Shown: piece by piece, positions 1 through 9,508 of the stretch
Numbering within the stretch: the stretch's first letter is position 1
How the letters are laid out: every line of letters begins with the position of its first letter
Assembly: GCA_046757525.1 (NCBI GenBank)
Contig: JBHHYI010000070.1
Span: 1 to 20,607, forward strand
DNA: 20,607 nucleotides
Reading direction: 5' to 3'
From: a bacterium
Lineage (GTDB): Bacteria; Zhuqueibacterota; Zhuqueibacteria; Oceanimicrobiales; Oceanimicrobiaceae
Translations under genes and position numbers: made by a program
Notes under the pieces: model-generated
The model's database searches: none
Told to the model about the DNA's origin: nothing
The model's input: only the letters and a program-made list of their open reading frames with translations

Positions 1-962
1 CCAATGCGGTGGTCTGTCAATCGACCCTGAGGAAAATTGTACGTTCTGATTTTGGCACTGCGATCCCCCGTGCTGACCATTGAACGCCTGGTGGCATCCA
101 ATTTGTCCTGTTCGTCCCGCTGCTTCTTTTCTAATAAACGCGCCTTCAAGACTTTTAACGCCTTGGCTCTATTCTTGTGCTGCGATTTTTCGTCCTGGCA
201 GGTCACCACCATGCCGGTTGGAATGTGGGTGATGCGTACCGCAGAGTCCGTAGTGTTCACACTTTGGCCGCCCGGCCCTGAAGAACGGTAGACATCGATC
301 TTCAGGTCTTTGGGTTCGATGGCGATATCGACTTCTTCCGCCTCCGGAAGCACAGCAACGGAAGCGGCGGAGGTGTGAATGCGCCCACTGGCTTCTGTTT
401 TAGGCACGCGTTGCACCCGGTGCACACCGCTTTCATATTTCATCAGACCGTAGGCATCGTCGCCCTTCATCATGAAAACGATTTCTTTAAAGCCGCCAAC
501 GCCTTGCGGATTGGAGCCCAGAACCTCGACGGACCAACCCTTTCTTTCTGAATACTTGGTGTACATTCGAAACAGGTCCCCGGCGAAGAGACCCGCCTCA
601 TCTCCTCCTGTACCGGCGCGAATTTCCACGATGGCATTCCTGGTATCTTTAGGATCTTTCGGCAACAACAGAATCCGGAGTTCCTCTTCGATGTGCCGGC
701 ATTTGCTGCGCATTTCCTGTAATTCCACCTCTGCCATCTCCAACAGCTCACGATCGCTCTCGCGCGCGAGCAACTGTTCATCCTCTTGAATCGTTTTAAG
801 GACCTGTTTGTATTCCTGGTACATCTGTATGGTGCTGTCCAACGCCCTCTTCTCTTTTGCAATTTCTTTGAATCGTGTCGGGTTCTTGGCTACGTCAGGC
901 TCCATGAGCCATTTGTTGAGCTCTTGGTAGCGCAGTTCAACTTTTTCAAGTTGCTCTAACAT
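1..962 (-). CDS. prfA: Peptide chain release factor 1, partial (3' end lies outside the window)
   Basis: Not in the ORF track because it runs off the edge. Manual translation from ATG 962: [24 protein letters not shown]...[20 protein letters not shown] (RF1-specific PxT motif)...[22 protein letters not shown] (GGQ motif). A GGAG SD lies upstream. Confidence 0.97.
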   Translation of the reverse strand, partial: MLEQLEKVELRYQELNKWLMEPDVAKNPTRFKEIAKEKRALDSTIQMYQEYKQVLKTIQEDEQLLARESDRELLEMAEVELQEMRSKCRHIEEELRILLLPKDPKDTRNAIVEIRAGTGGDEAGLFAGDLFRMYTKYSERKGWSVEVLGSNPQGVGGFKEIVFMMKGDDAYGLMKYESGVHRVQRVPKTEASGRIHTSAASVAVLPEAEEVDIAIEPKDLKIDVYRSSGPGGQSVNTTDSAVRITHIPTGMVVTCQDEKSQHKNRAKALKVLKARLLEKKQRDEQDKLDATRRSMVSTGDRSAKIRTYNFPQGRLTDHRI

Positions 963-1067
963 AGAGTTTTCTCCGCAGTAAGTGACACAAATCGGTTCGT
1001 CCGAATAAATCCCAAGCCGCCAAGACGCAATAATACAAAGTATTTAGAACAATCCAAGGCTGCTACC

Positions 1068-2045
1068 TCAGCTAACCAGTTCGGCAGGAATGTTGCCTTT
1101 GCCTTCCAGAACGATGTTTGGAAGTTGCAACACGTCCTCTCCCAGGGCGCACTTTAAGGCCACCAGGGCCACTTCCAATTGCGACGCGTCCGGTTCTTTG
1201 GTGGTGATTCTTTGCAGCCACAGGCCGGGCAGAATAAACGGTCGCCAGAAACTTTTTCGGAGCCCCAGGTCGGACAACCGAATCAATTCGTACGACACGC
1301 CGCCGATCAGAGGTATGAACAGCAAACGAAACAATCGCTCGCCAACGTCCAGCGGTTTGCCCAGGAACATGAACACAAAAATGCTCACGATCATCACGAT
1401 GAGCAAGAAACTGGTACCACACCGGGGGTGAAATCTGGACAACGGTTTCGCACCTACCGGAGTTAAATCCAATTTTTTCTCAAAAGCAAAGATGCTTTTG
1501 TGTTCAGCACCGTGATATTCAAAAATACGACGGATGTCTTTCATCAAAGAAATGCCCGCCAGGTAGAGCAAGAAGATGACCAACCGCAAGAGCCCGTCGA
1601 TCAAATTGAAGGCGAATCCAGACTCAACGCCCAGCCAGTCGGTAAACATCAGTGGAATGTAAAAGAAAATAAACAGACCGGCGGCGAGTGAAACCAACAA
1701 AGTGAGCGCCAACCACAACTTCTCAAACCAACTTCGGGGGCTGCGCTGCGAGCCTTCCGCGCGGTCGCCCTGTCCCGTGCTTTGCTTCTCGTCTTCCATG
1801 GCCACATCTCCTGAAAAACTCAAAGCCTTGACGCCCAAAATCAGGGATTCGACTAACACCACCGCGCCCCGCAATATTGGCAGCTTCAAAATCCCATACT
1901 TCTTGGTGAACGAGACAAAAGGTTGCTGTCTCACCAATATGCTCCCGTCCTGGCGGCGGACGGCCACGGAATAGGTGTGCGAGGATCGCATCATGACACC
2001 CTCAATGACTGCCTGACCGCCGACTTGAACCGTTCTTTCCGACAT
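1068..2045 (-). CDS. DUF1385 family membrane protein (putative metal-dependent)
   Basis: VGGQAVIEGVMMR N-terminus, EYHGAEHK and RFHPRCGTSF motifs, several TM segments. Start moved to ATG 2045 (AAAGAGG SD). Its position between rpmE and prfA is typical for this family. Confidence 0.88.
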   Translation of the reverse strand: MSERTVQVGGQAVIEGVMMRSSHTYSVAVRRQDGSILVRQQPFVSFTKKYGILKLPILRGAVVLVESLILGVKALSFSGDVAMEDEKQSTGQGDRAEGSQRSPRSWFEKLWLALTLLVSLAAGLFIFFYIPLMFTDWLGVESGFAFNLIDGLLRLVIFLLYLAGISLMKDIRRIFEYHGAEHKSIFAFEKKLDLTPVGAKPLSRFHPRCGTSFLLIVMIVSIFVFMFLGKPLDVGERLFRLLFIPLIGGVSYELIRLSDLGLRKSFWRPFILPGLWLQRITTKEPDASQLEVALVALKCALGEDVLQLPNIVLEGKGNIPAELVS

Positions 2046-2075
2046 GAACACCTCTTTAACCTGATTTGCAAATAC

Positions 2076-2116
2076 AAAAAAACGGAATGGGCCTAAGGAA
2101 GGCACACATCCCGTTT
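2076..2116 (-). terminator. Probable intrinsic terminator after rpmE
   Basis: Minus strand AAACGGGATG-TGT-GCCT-TCCTT-AGGC-C-CATTCCGTTT followed by further Ts: an interrupted stem with a U-tract. Confidence 0.65.
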
Positions 2117-2139
2117 AGGATATTTTGGAACAAAAGCAG

Positions 2140-2406
2140 CTAAGAATTGGCAGCGACTGTTTCAGAATCGGCCTTTTTCTCCTCCGCCTCTCCACTTTCG
2201 TCTTTGTTGGCAAGACCATATTTTCGCATGAACTTTTCAACGCGGCCGGCCGAATCAATGAGCTTCTGCTTACCGGTAAAAAAAGGATGACAGGCTGAAC
2301 ATATTTCGACTTTCAGATCGCCAACTGTTGAACGAATCTGAAAAGTATTCCCGCACGCGCAAGTTGCAGTGCCCATTAAATATTCAGGATGAATATTTGA
2401 CCTCAC
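2140..2406 (-). CDS. rpmE: 50S ribosomal protein L31, Zn-binding (C+) type
   Basis: GTG start at 2406 with GGAGG 8 nt upstream; (M)[40 protein letters not shown]. Confidence 0.96.
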   Translation of the reverse strand: MRSNIHPEYLMGTATCACGNTFQIRSTVGDLKVEICSACHPFFTGKQKLIDSAGRVEKFMRKYGLANKDESGEAEEKKADSETVAANS

Positions 2407-2472
2407 TATTAGAGCCTCCGTATTCACGTTTTCAAAATAATAGTTGCTGGCTAATTCCAAATTTAGCGATGT

Positions 2473-2501
2473 AATATAGATAAATTCTTGTCTAAAAGCA
2501 A
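2473..2501 (-). promoter_or_regulatory. Candidate sigma70 promoter for rpmE
   Basis: Minus strand TTGCTT-N17-TATATT, about 65 bp upstream of the start codon. Confidence 0.6.
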
Positions 2502-2532
2502 GTAAATTCTAAATCTCAACACGCCTGAAACT

Positions 2533-3780
2533 TTAGGTATTCATGGACTCCAGAAACTGCTTATTGGATTTCGTGCCGCGCATCCTTTCCAACAGGAACT
2601 CCATCGCTTCCACGGAGGTCAGATCAGCCAGGAACTTACGCAATATCCAAACACGGTTTAGCTCAAAATCATCCAACAGGAGTTCCTCTTTACGAGTGGA
2701 TGATCTATTCAAATCAATGGCAGGGAAGATACGTCGGTCGGAGAGGTTTCTGTCCAAAACCAATTCCATGTTGCCCGTCCCTTTGAATTCCTCAAAGATG
2801 ACATCGTCCATTCGGCTGCCCGTGTCAATAAGCGCTGTTGCAATGATAGTCAGGCTACCCCCTTCCTCAATATTTCGCGCGGCGCCAAAGAACCTCTTGG
2901 GTTTTTCCAACGCCGTAGCGTCCAGACCACCGGAGAGGATCTTCCCACTGTGTGGCACAACGGAGTTGTGTGCGCGCGCCAAACGGGTAATGCTGTCCAA
3001 CAAAATCACCACGTCCTGCCCGTACTCAACCAATCTCTTCGCCTTCTCCAGAACCATTTCCGCCACCTGGACGTGACGGTCGGGCGGTTCGTCAAAGGTT
3101 GAGCTTATGACCTCGGCCTTGACCGAACGCTGCATGTCTGTTACCTCCTCGGGCCGCTCATCAATCAACAGGACAATCATTTTGAGCTCAGGGCTATTGG
3201 TCGTTATGGCATTCGCAATTCTCTGCAACAATGTCGTTTTCCCCGTTTTCGGCTGCGCCACGATCAACCCACGCTGTCCTTTTCCAATGGGTGTCAGCAA
3301 ATTCATAACTCGGGTGCAGTAGTCTCTCCCATTGAATTCGAGATTAATCTTGTCCTCAGGATACAAAGGTGTGAGATTGTCGAAGAGAATCTTCTTTTTG
3401 GCTTCTTCAGGATTCTCAAAATTAACGGCTTCAACCTTCAGGAGAGCAAAGAATCGTTCGCTTTCTTTTGGCGGTCTAATTTGCCCGGAAACCGTATCGC
3501 CCGTCCTTAATCCGAATCTCTTTATCTGTGAAGGTGAGACGTAGATGTCGTCCGGTCCCGGCAAATAATTGTAATCAGGGGAGCGTAGGAATCCATAACC
3601 ATCCGGGAGCACTTCCAGGACCCCTTCGGCAAAAATCAACCCTTCTTGTTTGGTCTGTTCCTCTAATATTCTAAAAATCAATTCCTGCTTCTTCAGACCA
3701 GTAGCTCCGGAGACCTTTAACTCCTGCGCCATCTTGGTCAATTCAGAGATTCTCATTGTCTTCAGTTCAGCAATTTCCAT
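2533..3780 (-). CDS. rho: Transcription termination factor Rho
   Basis: [33 protein letters not shown], Walker [38 protein letters not shown] 3780 preferred (AAGGA 9 nt upstream); TTG 3786 is the alternative. Confidence 0.98.
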   Translation of the reverse strand: MEIAELKTMRISELTKMAQELKVSGATGLKKQELIFRILEEQTKQEGLIFAEGVLEVLPDGYGFLRSPDYNYLPGPDDIYVSPSQIKRFGLRTGDTVSGQIRPPKESERFFALLKVEAVNFENPEEAKKKILFDNLTPLYPEDKINLEFNGRDYCTRVMNLLTPIGKGQRGLIVAQPKTGKTTLLQRIANAITTNSPELKMIVLLIDERPEEVTDMQRSVKAEVISSTFDEPPDRHVQVAEMVLEKAKRLVEYGQDVVILLDSITRLARAHNSVVPHSGKILSGGLDATALEKPKRFFGAARNIEEGGSLTIIATALIDTGSRMDDVIFEEFKGTGNMELVLDRNLSDRRIFPAIDLNRSSTRKEELLLDDFELNRVWILRKFLADLTSVEAMEFLLERMRGTKSNKQFLESMNT

Positions 3781-4077
3781 GTCCAAATTTCCTTACTTTA
3801 ATTTAATTAATTGAAAATAAGTGTATTGTCTTAGTGGTATTGATCCATCAAGCCCACCAAGAGACACCCTCGATAATGAATAGTGGTTAAATTGAGATAT
3901 TGGCAACTATTCCAGTTGTACCAAGATTAAGATTCTCGAGATCAACAAAGTTGTAGATGCTTTGCGCAATGAAGCCAATTATGTCTAACGATTGTCGAAT
4001 AATTTTTATTCTTGTTGAAATGCCGTGCCACCAGGCTAAAAATCAAATGTAGTTATTAAAAGAGGAAAGAACTAATC

Positions 4078-5190
4078 TTACGATACACGAAGTTTTATGG
4101 ATTCTTCTGTTTTCTTATCAAAAAAATGTGATTTTAACAGATCAAAAATTAAATCAACCTTCTGGCCAACCGAGGCTTCGGTTTGCGCTGGTAATCTTGC
4201 AGATAAAGAGTTGCACCCGGTGTTTAAATAGAGATAGGTTTCACTACCCATGGGTTCGACAACTTCGACATCCAGAGGGACCTTTGCTCCTTCTGGCACA
4301 AGATCCGCCCTTTCGGCCTCATGAATGTCTTCAGGGCGGATCCCAAAAATCACTTCCTTTTCTATGTAACCACTAAGCTTATCGACAAACTCAGAAGGGA
4401 GCTTTAGTTCTAAATTCTCTCCCTTAAAGCATAAACCATCGTTGCTAATAATGGTTCCATTTAGAAAGTTCATCGCCGGACTGCCGATAAAACCCGCCAC
4501 GAATTTATTCTTTGGATTGTTGTACAAATTCAGAGGTGTGTCCAGTTGTTGGATCACGCCATCCTTCATGACCACAATACGATCCCCCATGGTCATCGCC
4601 TCGACCTGATCATGGGTGACGTACACCATGGTGGTATTGAGCTTGCTTTGCAACTTAGATATTTCCGCACGCATTTGCACCCGAAGCTTGGCGTCCAAAT
4701 TCGACAACGGTTCGTCGAACAAGAATACCTGCGGGTTTCTTACGATGGCCCGCCCAACCGCGACCCTTTGACGCTGTCCCCCGGAAAGCGCTTTGGGCTT
4801 TCTATCCAACAATGTCTTGATGTTCAAGATGTCGGCAGCCCTGGACACGCGCTCTTCTATTTCCTTCTTAGGAAGCTTGCGCAGTTTGAGACCAAACGCC
4901 ATGTTGTCATAAACAGACATGTGCGGGTAGAGAGCATAGTTTTGAAACACCATGGCGATGTCGCGGTCTTTTGGCGGCACCTCATTCACTAAGCGATCGC
5001 CAATGTACAACTCGCCGCTGCTGATCTCGTCCAAGCCCGCAATCATTCGGAGTGTGGTGGATTTGCCACAGCCGGAAGGCCCAACGAGAACCACGAATTC
5101 TTTGTCATTAATATCAATATTCGCGTTATTTACAGCAACAACATCCTTCTCAAAGACCTTGTAAATTTCTTTTAAGACTACGCACGCCAT
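4078..5190 (-). CDS. Carbohydrate ABC transporter ATP-binding subunit (MalK/MsmX/UgpC family)
   Basis: GPSGCGKST, MVFQNYALYPHM, LSGGQRQRVA, FLFDEPLSNLDAKLR, YVTHDQVEAMTMGD, FVAGFIGSPAMN, and a C-terminal TOBE-like region (GIRPED, VVEPMGSE). Confidence 0.95.
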   Translation of the reverse strand: MACVVLKEIYKVFEKDVVAVNNANIDINDKEFVVLVGPSGCGKSTTLRMIAGLDEISSGELYIGDRLVNEVPPKDRDIAMVFQNYALYPHMSVYDNMAFGLKLRKLPKKEIEERVSRAADILNIKTLLDRKPKALSGGQRQRVAVGRAIVRNPQVFLFDEPLSNLDAKLRVQMRAEISKLQSKLNTTMVYVTHDQVEAMTMGDRIVVMKDGVIQQLDTPLNLYNNPKNKFVAGFIGSPAMNFLNGTIISNDGLCFKGENLELKLPSEFVDKLSGYIEKEVIFGIRPEDIHEAERADLVPEGAKVPLDVEVVEPMGSETYLYLNTGCNSLSARLPAQTEASVGQKVDLIFDLLKSHFFDKKTEESIKLRVS

Positions 5191-5274
5191 TTTGGTGTTG
5201 TAGAAACGGATTTATAGGCTGACGGGATGTTAATTAGATGGATTTATTGAATTGACCTGGTAGAACTAATGTCC

Positions 5275-5303
5275 AATGTAAAAAATTGATTTCTATTTGT
5301 CAA
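5275..5303 (-). promoter_or_regulatory. Candidate sigma70 promoter for the ABC ATPase
   Basis: Minus strand TTGACA-N17-TACATT. Confidence 0.7.
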
Positions 5304-5332
5304 GTCTTTTATGATATTTTCCAAGCCCTGGT

Positions 5333-6625
5333 TCAGTTTTGGGCGACTGGTAATTTTCGGTAGTAGTATTTCAAAAAATCGCCCACGGTGTAGTGTGAAC
5401 CCGTCACACAAAGCAGATCATTGACTTCACATTGTTGCAGGGCTTTTCTTGTTGCATTTTCAATCCCATGACCTGAGCGATATTTGCCGGAGTGGGTACC
5501 GCGACCCTCCAACAACTGTGGTGCCGGCAATGCTCGGTCAGAAGATGGCGTAACACAAAAAATCGTATTCGCAATGGGTTCAATCACCGCCAGCATCCCT
5601 TCAAAATCTTTGTCGTCGAGAACGCCGACAATGAATAGCAATCGCTCAACAGCAAAAATGGTTTTCAAGGCAGAAACAAGATGCCTAACCGCCGCCGGGT
5701 TGTGCGCCACATCCAGAAGAATCTTGGGGTGCCGTTGTAAGACTTGCAACCGGCCGTTCAAACTTGCTTTTTGCAAGCCCGAATAAACGCAACTTCTGTT
5801 GATGAGATATTTGCGAGCTTGCAACATCCGTGTGGCGGCTACCGCTAAGGCGGCGTTGGAGACCTGCTGCCTGCCAATTAAGGCCAATTTCAAATTCGGC
5901 AACGAATCGTCCTGGAATGTCAGATCAAACTCGGTGAATTCTTCAGTCAGTTCGATCGGCGTGAATGTGCAGAGATCTTTCAGATCGTGAAACTCCGCAT
6001 TTCTTTCTCGCGCAATTTGCACCAATGCAGTTCTGGCCTCTAAGTTTTCCGCGCAAACCAGACATGGCTTGCCGGACTTTATGATGCCTCCTTTTTCCCT
6101 GGCAATACTGTTCAAACTGGGGCCAAGATAAGCTTTGTGGTCAAAATCAATGCCAGTGATGATCACCAGTTCCGGCTGCAAAACGTTCGTAGCGTCCAGA
6201 CGCCCGCCCAAACCAACTTCAACCACGGCCATATCTATTTTACAATCAGCAAAGTATTTAAACGCAATAGCAGTCAACGTTTCGAAATAAGTACATTCCA
6301 GAAGTTGAATCTTTCTCTTAATCGTCCTTAGATAATCGTGCAAAACCTCCCAGGGGATTGCTTCCTGATTGATCTTGATCCTCTCGGTTAAATCCAGTAG
6401 ATGTGGCGATGTATACAGACCCGTTTTGTAACCTGCTTCGCGCAGAATAGATTCCAGAAGCGCCGCCGTAGAACCCTTGCCGTTGGTTCCTGCAATGTGC
6501 ACACTGGGAAAGCTATGGTGCGGATTTCCCAGAGCACGCAGCAACTCTGTGATGTTAGCCAGCCCCAATCTCCAGCCAAATCTTCGCAAGCGGTTTAGAA
6601 ACTGCACTGTTTCATTTTCGTACAC
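5333..6625 (-). CDS. folC: Bifunctional folylpolyglutamate synthase/dihydrofolate synthase
   Basis: HIAGTNGKGST, GLYTSPHL, EVGLGGRLDATNV, IAREKGGIIK, LLDVAHNP, VTGSHY; GTG start with AAGGA SD. Confidence 0.96.
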   Translation of the reverse strand: MYENETVQFLNRLRRFGWRLGLANITELLRALGNPHHSFPSVHIAGTNGKGSTAALLESILREAGYKTGLYTSPHLLDLTERIKINQEAIPWEVLHDYLRTIKRKIQLLECTYFETLTAIAFKYFADCKIDMAVVEVGLGGRLDATNVLQPELVIITGIDFDHKAYLGPSLNSIAREKGGIIKSGKPCLVCAENLEARTALVQIARERNAEFHDLKDLCTFTPIELTEEFTEFDLTFQDDSLPNLKLALIGRQQVSNAALAVAATRMLQARKYLINRSCVYSGLQKASLNGRLQVLQRHPKILLDVAHNPAAVRHLVSALKTIFAVERLLFIVGVLDDKDFEGMLAVIEPIANTIFCVTPSSDRALPAPQLLEGRGTHSGKYRSGHGIENATRKALQQCEVNDLLCVTGSHYTVGDFLKYYYRKLPVAQN

Positions 6626-6651
6626 GGTGCCGTCCTTTTGTTCATAAGCCT

Positions 6652-6688
6652 GTGCAATGTTTTACCCCTCGCAGGTAAAAAATTGCAC
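6652..6688. promoter_or_regulatory. Inverted repeat with 15 bp arms; candidate enhancer (UAS) for a sigma54 activator
   Basis: GTGCAATGTTTTACC-N7-GGTAAAAAATTGCAC, 14/15 complementary. Each arm is itself pseudo-palindromic and the arm centres are 22 bp apart. Confidence 0.5.
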
Positions 6689-6871
6689 TTTGCACCATGA
6701 GCTCCAAGTCTGTTTTGAATTTGACTTTTTCGACCGAGCCGCTCGTGCTTTTGTAAAAATCCTTCTTCGCATTATTTTATATGGACTTAAGACTACTTCG
6801 ATGAATTTAATCTGAGCTAAAACTTTTTTCTTATTCGCAAGATAATTCGATTTATGAGAATGCAAGCAAAG

Positions 6872-6887
6872 TGGCATATATTTTGCT
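6872..6887 (+). promoter_or_regulatory. Sigma54 (RpoN) -24/-12 promoter for the TonB-dependent receptor
   Basis: TGGCATATATTTTGCT matches TGGCA-N6-TTGCW with exact GG-N10-GC spacing, 50 bp upstream of the GTG start. Confidence 0.72.
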
Positions 6888-6937
6888 AATTATTTGGTAA
6901 CACTTCTCACTGGCCTAAGCAATCATAAGGATTTTTT

Positions 6938-9436
6938 GTGTCAATAAAAAGCAAAATTGTTACCTGGAGCTTATTTTCGCAACTGCTCATCACCTGCCTT
7001 TCCTATGGTGGTATCACCGGCACACTCTCCGGTGTGGTGCGCGACAAAGACGCCAGGAATGTGCTGCCCGGGGCTGCCATCCAGGTGGAAGGCACTACCA
7101 TGGGTGCCATGGCCGACAAGAATGGCTTCTTCATGATCCACAACCTCCCTGCGGGCACCTATGATGTGAGTGCGAGTATGATTGGCTACCACAAATCAAC
7201 CATCAAAAACGTTAAGATAAACGTTGATCTGGTCACGCGACTGGACTTTTATCTGTCGACCAAGGTGCTTCAGTTAAAAGAAATCGTTGTTACTCAACAA
7301 CGGGAGTTCATCCAAAAGGACCTCACGAGCTCCACCTATTATATTTCAAATGAAGAAATCAACGATAGACTTCCCATTAATTCTTATCGTGAAGCTGTCA
7401 CGCTTTTGCCGGGCGTGGTTGGCAACCATATTCGCGGCGGCCGTGAAACCGACGCCCTATATTTACTGGATGGTTTGCCGATTCAGGGTGGGCTGTCACG
7501 CGAGATCTCGAGTTCACTCCCGAACAGTTCCATCGAAGAGATGATGGTTCAAACCGGTGGCATCAGCGCTGAGTACGGACAAGCTACCTCAGGAGTTATT
7601 AATATCGTCTCTAAATACGGACGCAATCAGGTTGAAGGGGGCGTCAAGATTTATAGCGATCTTTTCGATACTGACGTGACAGGAACCGAGAATGAAAGGC
7701 GCCTGGAACTAAACGTGGGGGGGCCACTGACCATAGGCCTTGGCGGCCCCTTGATTAACGCCAATTACTTCATTTCTGCGGATCTGAACTTGAGCGACAC
7801 GCACTGGCGCAAACAAATGCGTCAGGAATTCAACGCACCAATTTTCAGAAATTACAACACCAACTCGAAACTGTCGTTCAATATCTCCAAGAATACCACG
7901 CTGATATTGCAAGGCTTGCTTTCAAACTGGAGCTGGAGAAAATTTAATCCACAGTGGCGCTTGAATCTCAAGGGATTGGCAGAGCACCGTCACTACAGCC
8001 ATCGTCTTACGGCAACGTTGCAGCACACCTTCAGCCCCAAGTTGTTTGCAACCATAAGATTAGCTACTTACTCCTACAAGAAACAGGTCTTAGGAGCCAG
8101 AGAAGATTCGCCCAATTTGACCTTCGTAGACCCTTCCGACCCAAAGAGCCTCATCTTAAGTGGCAACCAACCCTGGCATGAAGACACGCGAGAAAACATA
8201 AAAATCGTGAAGGTCGCCTTGGTGAAAAAGCTTGCGACCAATCACCTCCTCAAAACTGGCGTGGAACTCCAAAGTTACGACTTGACCTCTGCAAGAACCC
8301 GGTTCCAGGCAATCCCGTTGAAAACTCAGCAGCGTGGCATTGGATTTAACAAAACAGACGACAACTTCAACTACACGCCGAGATTCTTTGCGGCTTTTGC
8401 AGAAGACAACATTGAAATGAATGGCATCATAGCTAATGTGGGGTTCCGCTACGACCAATTCGATCCTCGGATTGCTATTAAAGAAGTTTCGCAGGATCTA
8501 AAGAATCTGGGAGTCCCACTTCTCGGCGGGCCACAGGACAATAGTTCGGGCATCTATCGTCGCATGTCTCCCCGCCTTGGGGTTTCGGTGCCTCTGTCCG
8601 AAAATGAAAGCTTACACGTCAACTATGGTCTATACTATCAGATGCCGCCACTCTACTACGTCTACACCAACGCAGAGCACAATTTGAACGGACCCATTCC
8701 TCTGGTTGGCAACCTGGATCTGAAACCCACCAAAACCATCGCAGCAGAATTTAGCTACAAAAGACTCTTCTCCAGAAATTTCTTTATGGTGGTAACGGCA
8801 TTTTCGAAGAAGTTTTCGAATCTGGTCGACACGCAAACATTTGTGTTACAGAACAATGAAATCACACCCGAGGCCACCACGCTGGGAGTCAGCCGGTACA
8901 CGAACTCGGCCAGGGGGCGTGCTACCGGGTTGGAAATCACTTTTCAAAAGAGAATCAACCAGAATATCTCGGGTAGGTTGAGCTACACGCTGATGAAAGC
9001 CACAGGAACCAGCTCAGCCGCAGAAGACGAATTCAACGCTGCCCTCGCTGGCACAGCGCTAAACCAGAATGTAGAATATCCTCTGAGTTGGGACCAACGG
9101 CATTCAATCGTTTTGAACACTGATATTAAGCACCGCAACTGGCAAGTCGACTTCCTGCTGCGATTGTACAGCCCGCTTCCAGTCACCCGCCCTGGCGGGG
9201 ACACGCCTAACAACGCCAGGTTGTCCTGGCAAAAGTTTGTGGACATCAGGATTGTCAGACAGAGTGCCTTGTTAGGAAGGCGCTTTAGACCTTACCTGGA
9301 AATAAAGAATCTGTTCGACGAACAAAATCTTCTGGACGAAACAGACGATACGGGCATCAAGGGCTACCGGCTGTTCGACCCCAACAACTTAAACCTGGGA
9401 AGACGTCTGCAAGTGGGCATGATATTGTATTTCTAA
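6938..9436 (+). CDS. TonB-dependent receptor with N-terminal carboxypeptidase-regulatory-like domain
   Basis: Signal peptide; GTLSGVVRD..LPGAAIQVEGT..G.F.IHNLPAGTYDV.ASMIGY domain; plug HIRGGR..YLLDGLPI..TGGISAEYG..SGVINIVSK; barrel motifs GFRYDQF, SPRLG, WDQRH, KNLFD; C-terminal Phe. Confidence 0.92.
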   Translation: MSIKSKIVTWSLFSQLLITCLSYGGITGTLSGVVRDKDARNVLPGAAIQVEGTTMGAMADKNGFFMIHNLPAGTYDVSASMIGYHKSTIKNVKINVDLVTRLDFYLSTKVLQLKEIVVTQQREFIQKDLTSSTYYISNEEINDRLPINSYREAVTLLPGVVGNHIRGGRETDALYLLDGLPIQGGLSREISSSLPNSSIEEMMVQTGGISAEYGQATSGVINIVSKYGRNQVEGGVKIYSDLFDTDVTGTENERRLELNVGGPLTIGLGGPLINANYFISADLNLSDTHWRKQMRQEFNAPIFRNYNTNSKLSFNISKNTTLILQGLLSNWSWRKFNPQWRLNLKGLAEHRHYSHRLTATLQHTFSPKLFATIRLATYSYKKQVLGAREDSPNLTFVDPSDPKSLILSGNQPWHEDTRENIKIVKVALVKKLATNHLLKTGVELQSYDLTSARTRFQAIPLKTQQRGIGFNKTDDNFNYTPRFFAAFAEDNIEMNGIIANVGFRYDQFDPRIAIKEVSQDLKNLGVPLLGGPQDNSSGIYRRMSPRLGVSVPLSENESLHVNYGLYYQMPPLYYVYTNAEHNLNGPIPLVGNLDLKPTKTIAAEFSYKRLFSRNFFMVVTAFSKKFSNLVDTQTFVLQNNEITPEATTLGVSRYTNSARGRATGLEITFQKRINQNISGRLSYTLMKATGTSSAAEDEFNAALAGTALNQNVEYPLSWDQRHSIVLNTDIKHRNWQVDFLLRLYSPLPVTRPGGDTPNNARLSWQKFVDIRIVRQSALLGRRFRPYLEIKNLFDEQNLLDETDDTGIKGYRLFDPNNLNLGRRLQVGMILYF

Positions 9437-9454
9437 TTTGAGCCAATACCACAC

Positions 9455-9494
9455 AAAAAAGCCTACCTGAGCAACAAAAGGGTAGGCTTTTTTT
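9455..9494. terminator. Bidirectional intrinsic terminator between the convergent TonB receptor and sod genes
   Basis: AAAAAA-GCCTACC-N13-GGTAGGC-TTTTTTT. Confidence 0.85.
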
Positions 9495-9508
9495 GGCTTA
9501 TGTCGATA

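Noticed and set aside
37..862. ORFs 37-291 (+), 470-862 (-) and 472-789 (+)
   Set aside because: Alternative-frame or antisense shadows of prfA.
4015..4030. Second sigma54-like site upstream of rho (minus strand TGGCACGGCATTTCAA)
   Set aside because: The -24 element is perfect but the -12 position reads TTCA instead of TTGC.
6662..6877. 71 aa minus-strand ORF in the folC/TonB receptor intergenic region
   Set aside because: No recognisable protein features, and it overlaps the promoter and inverted repeat.
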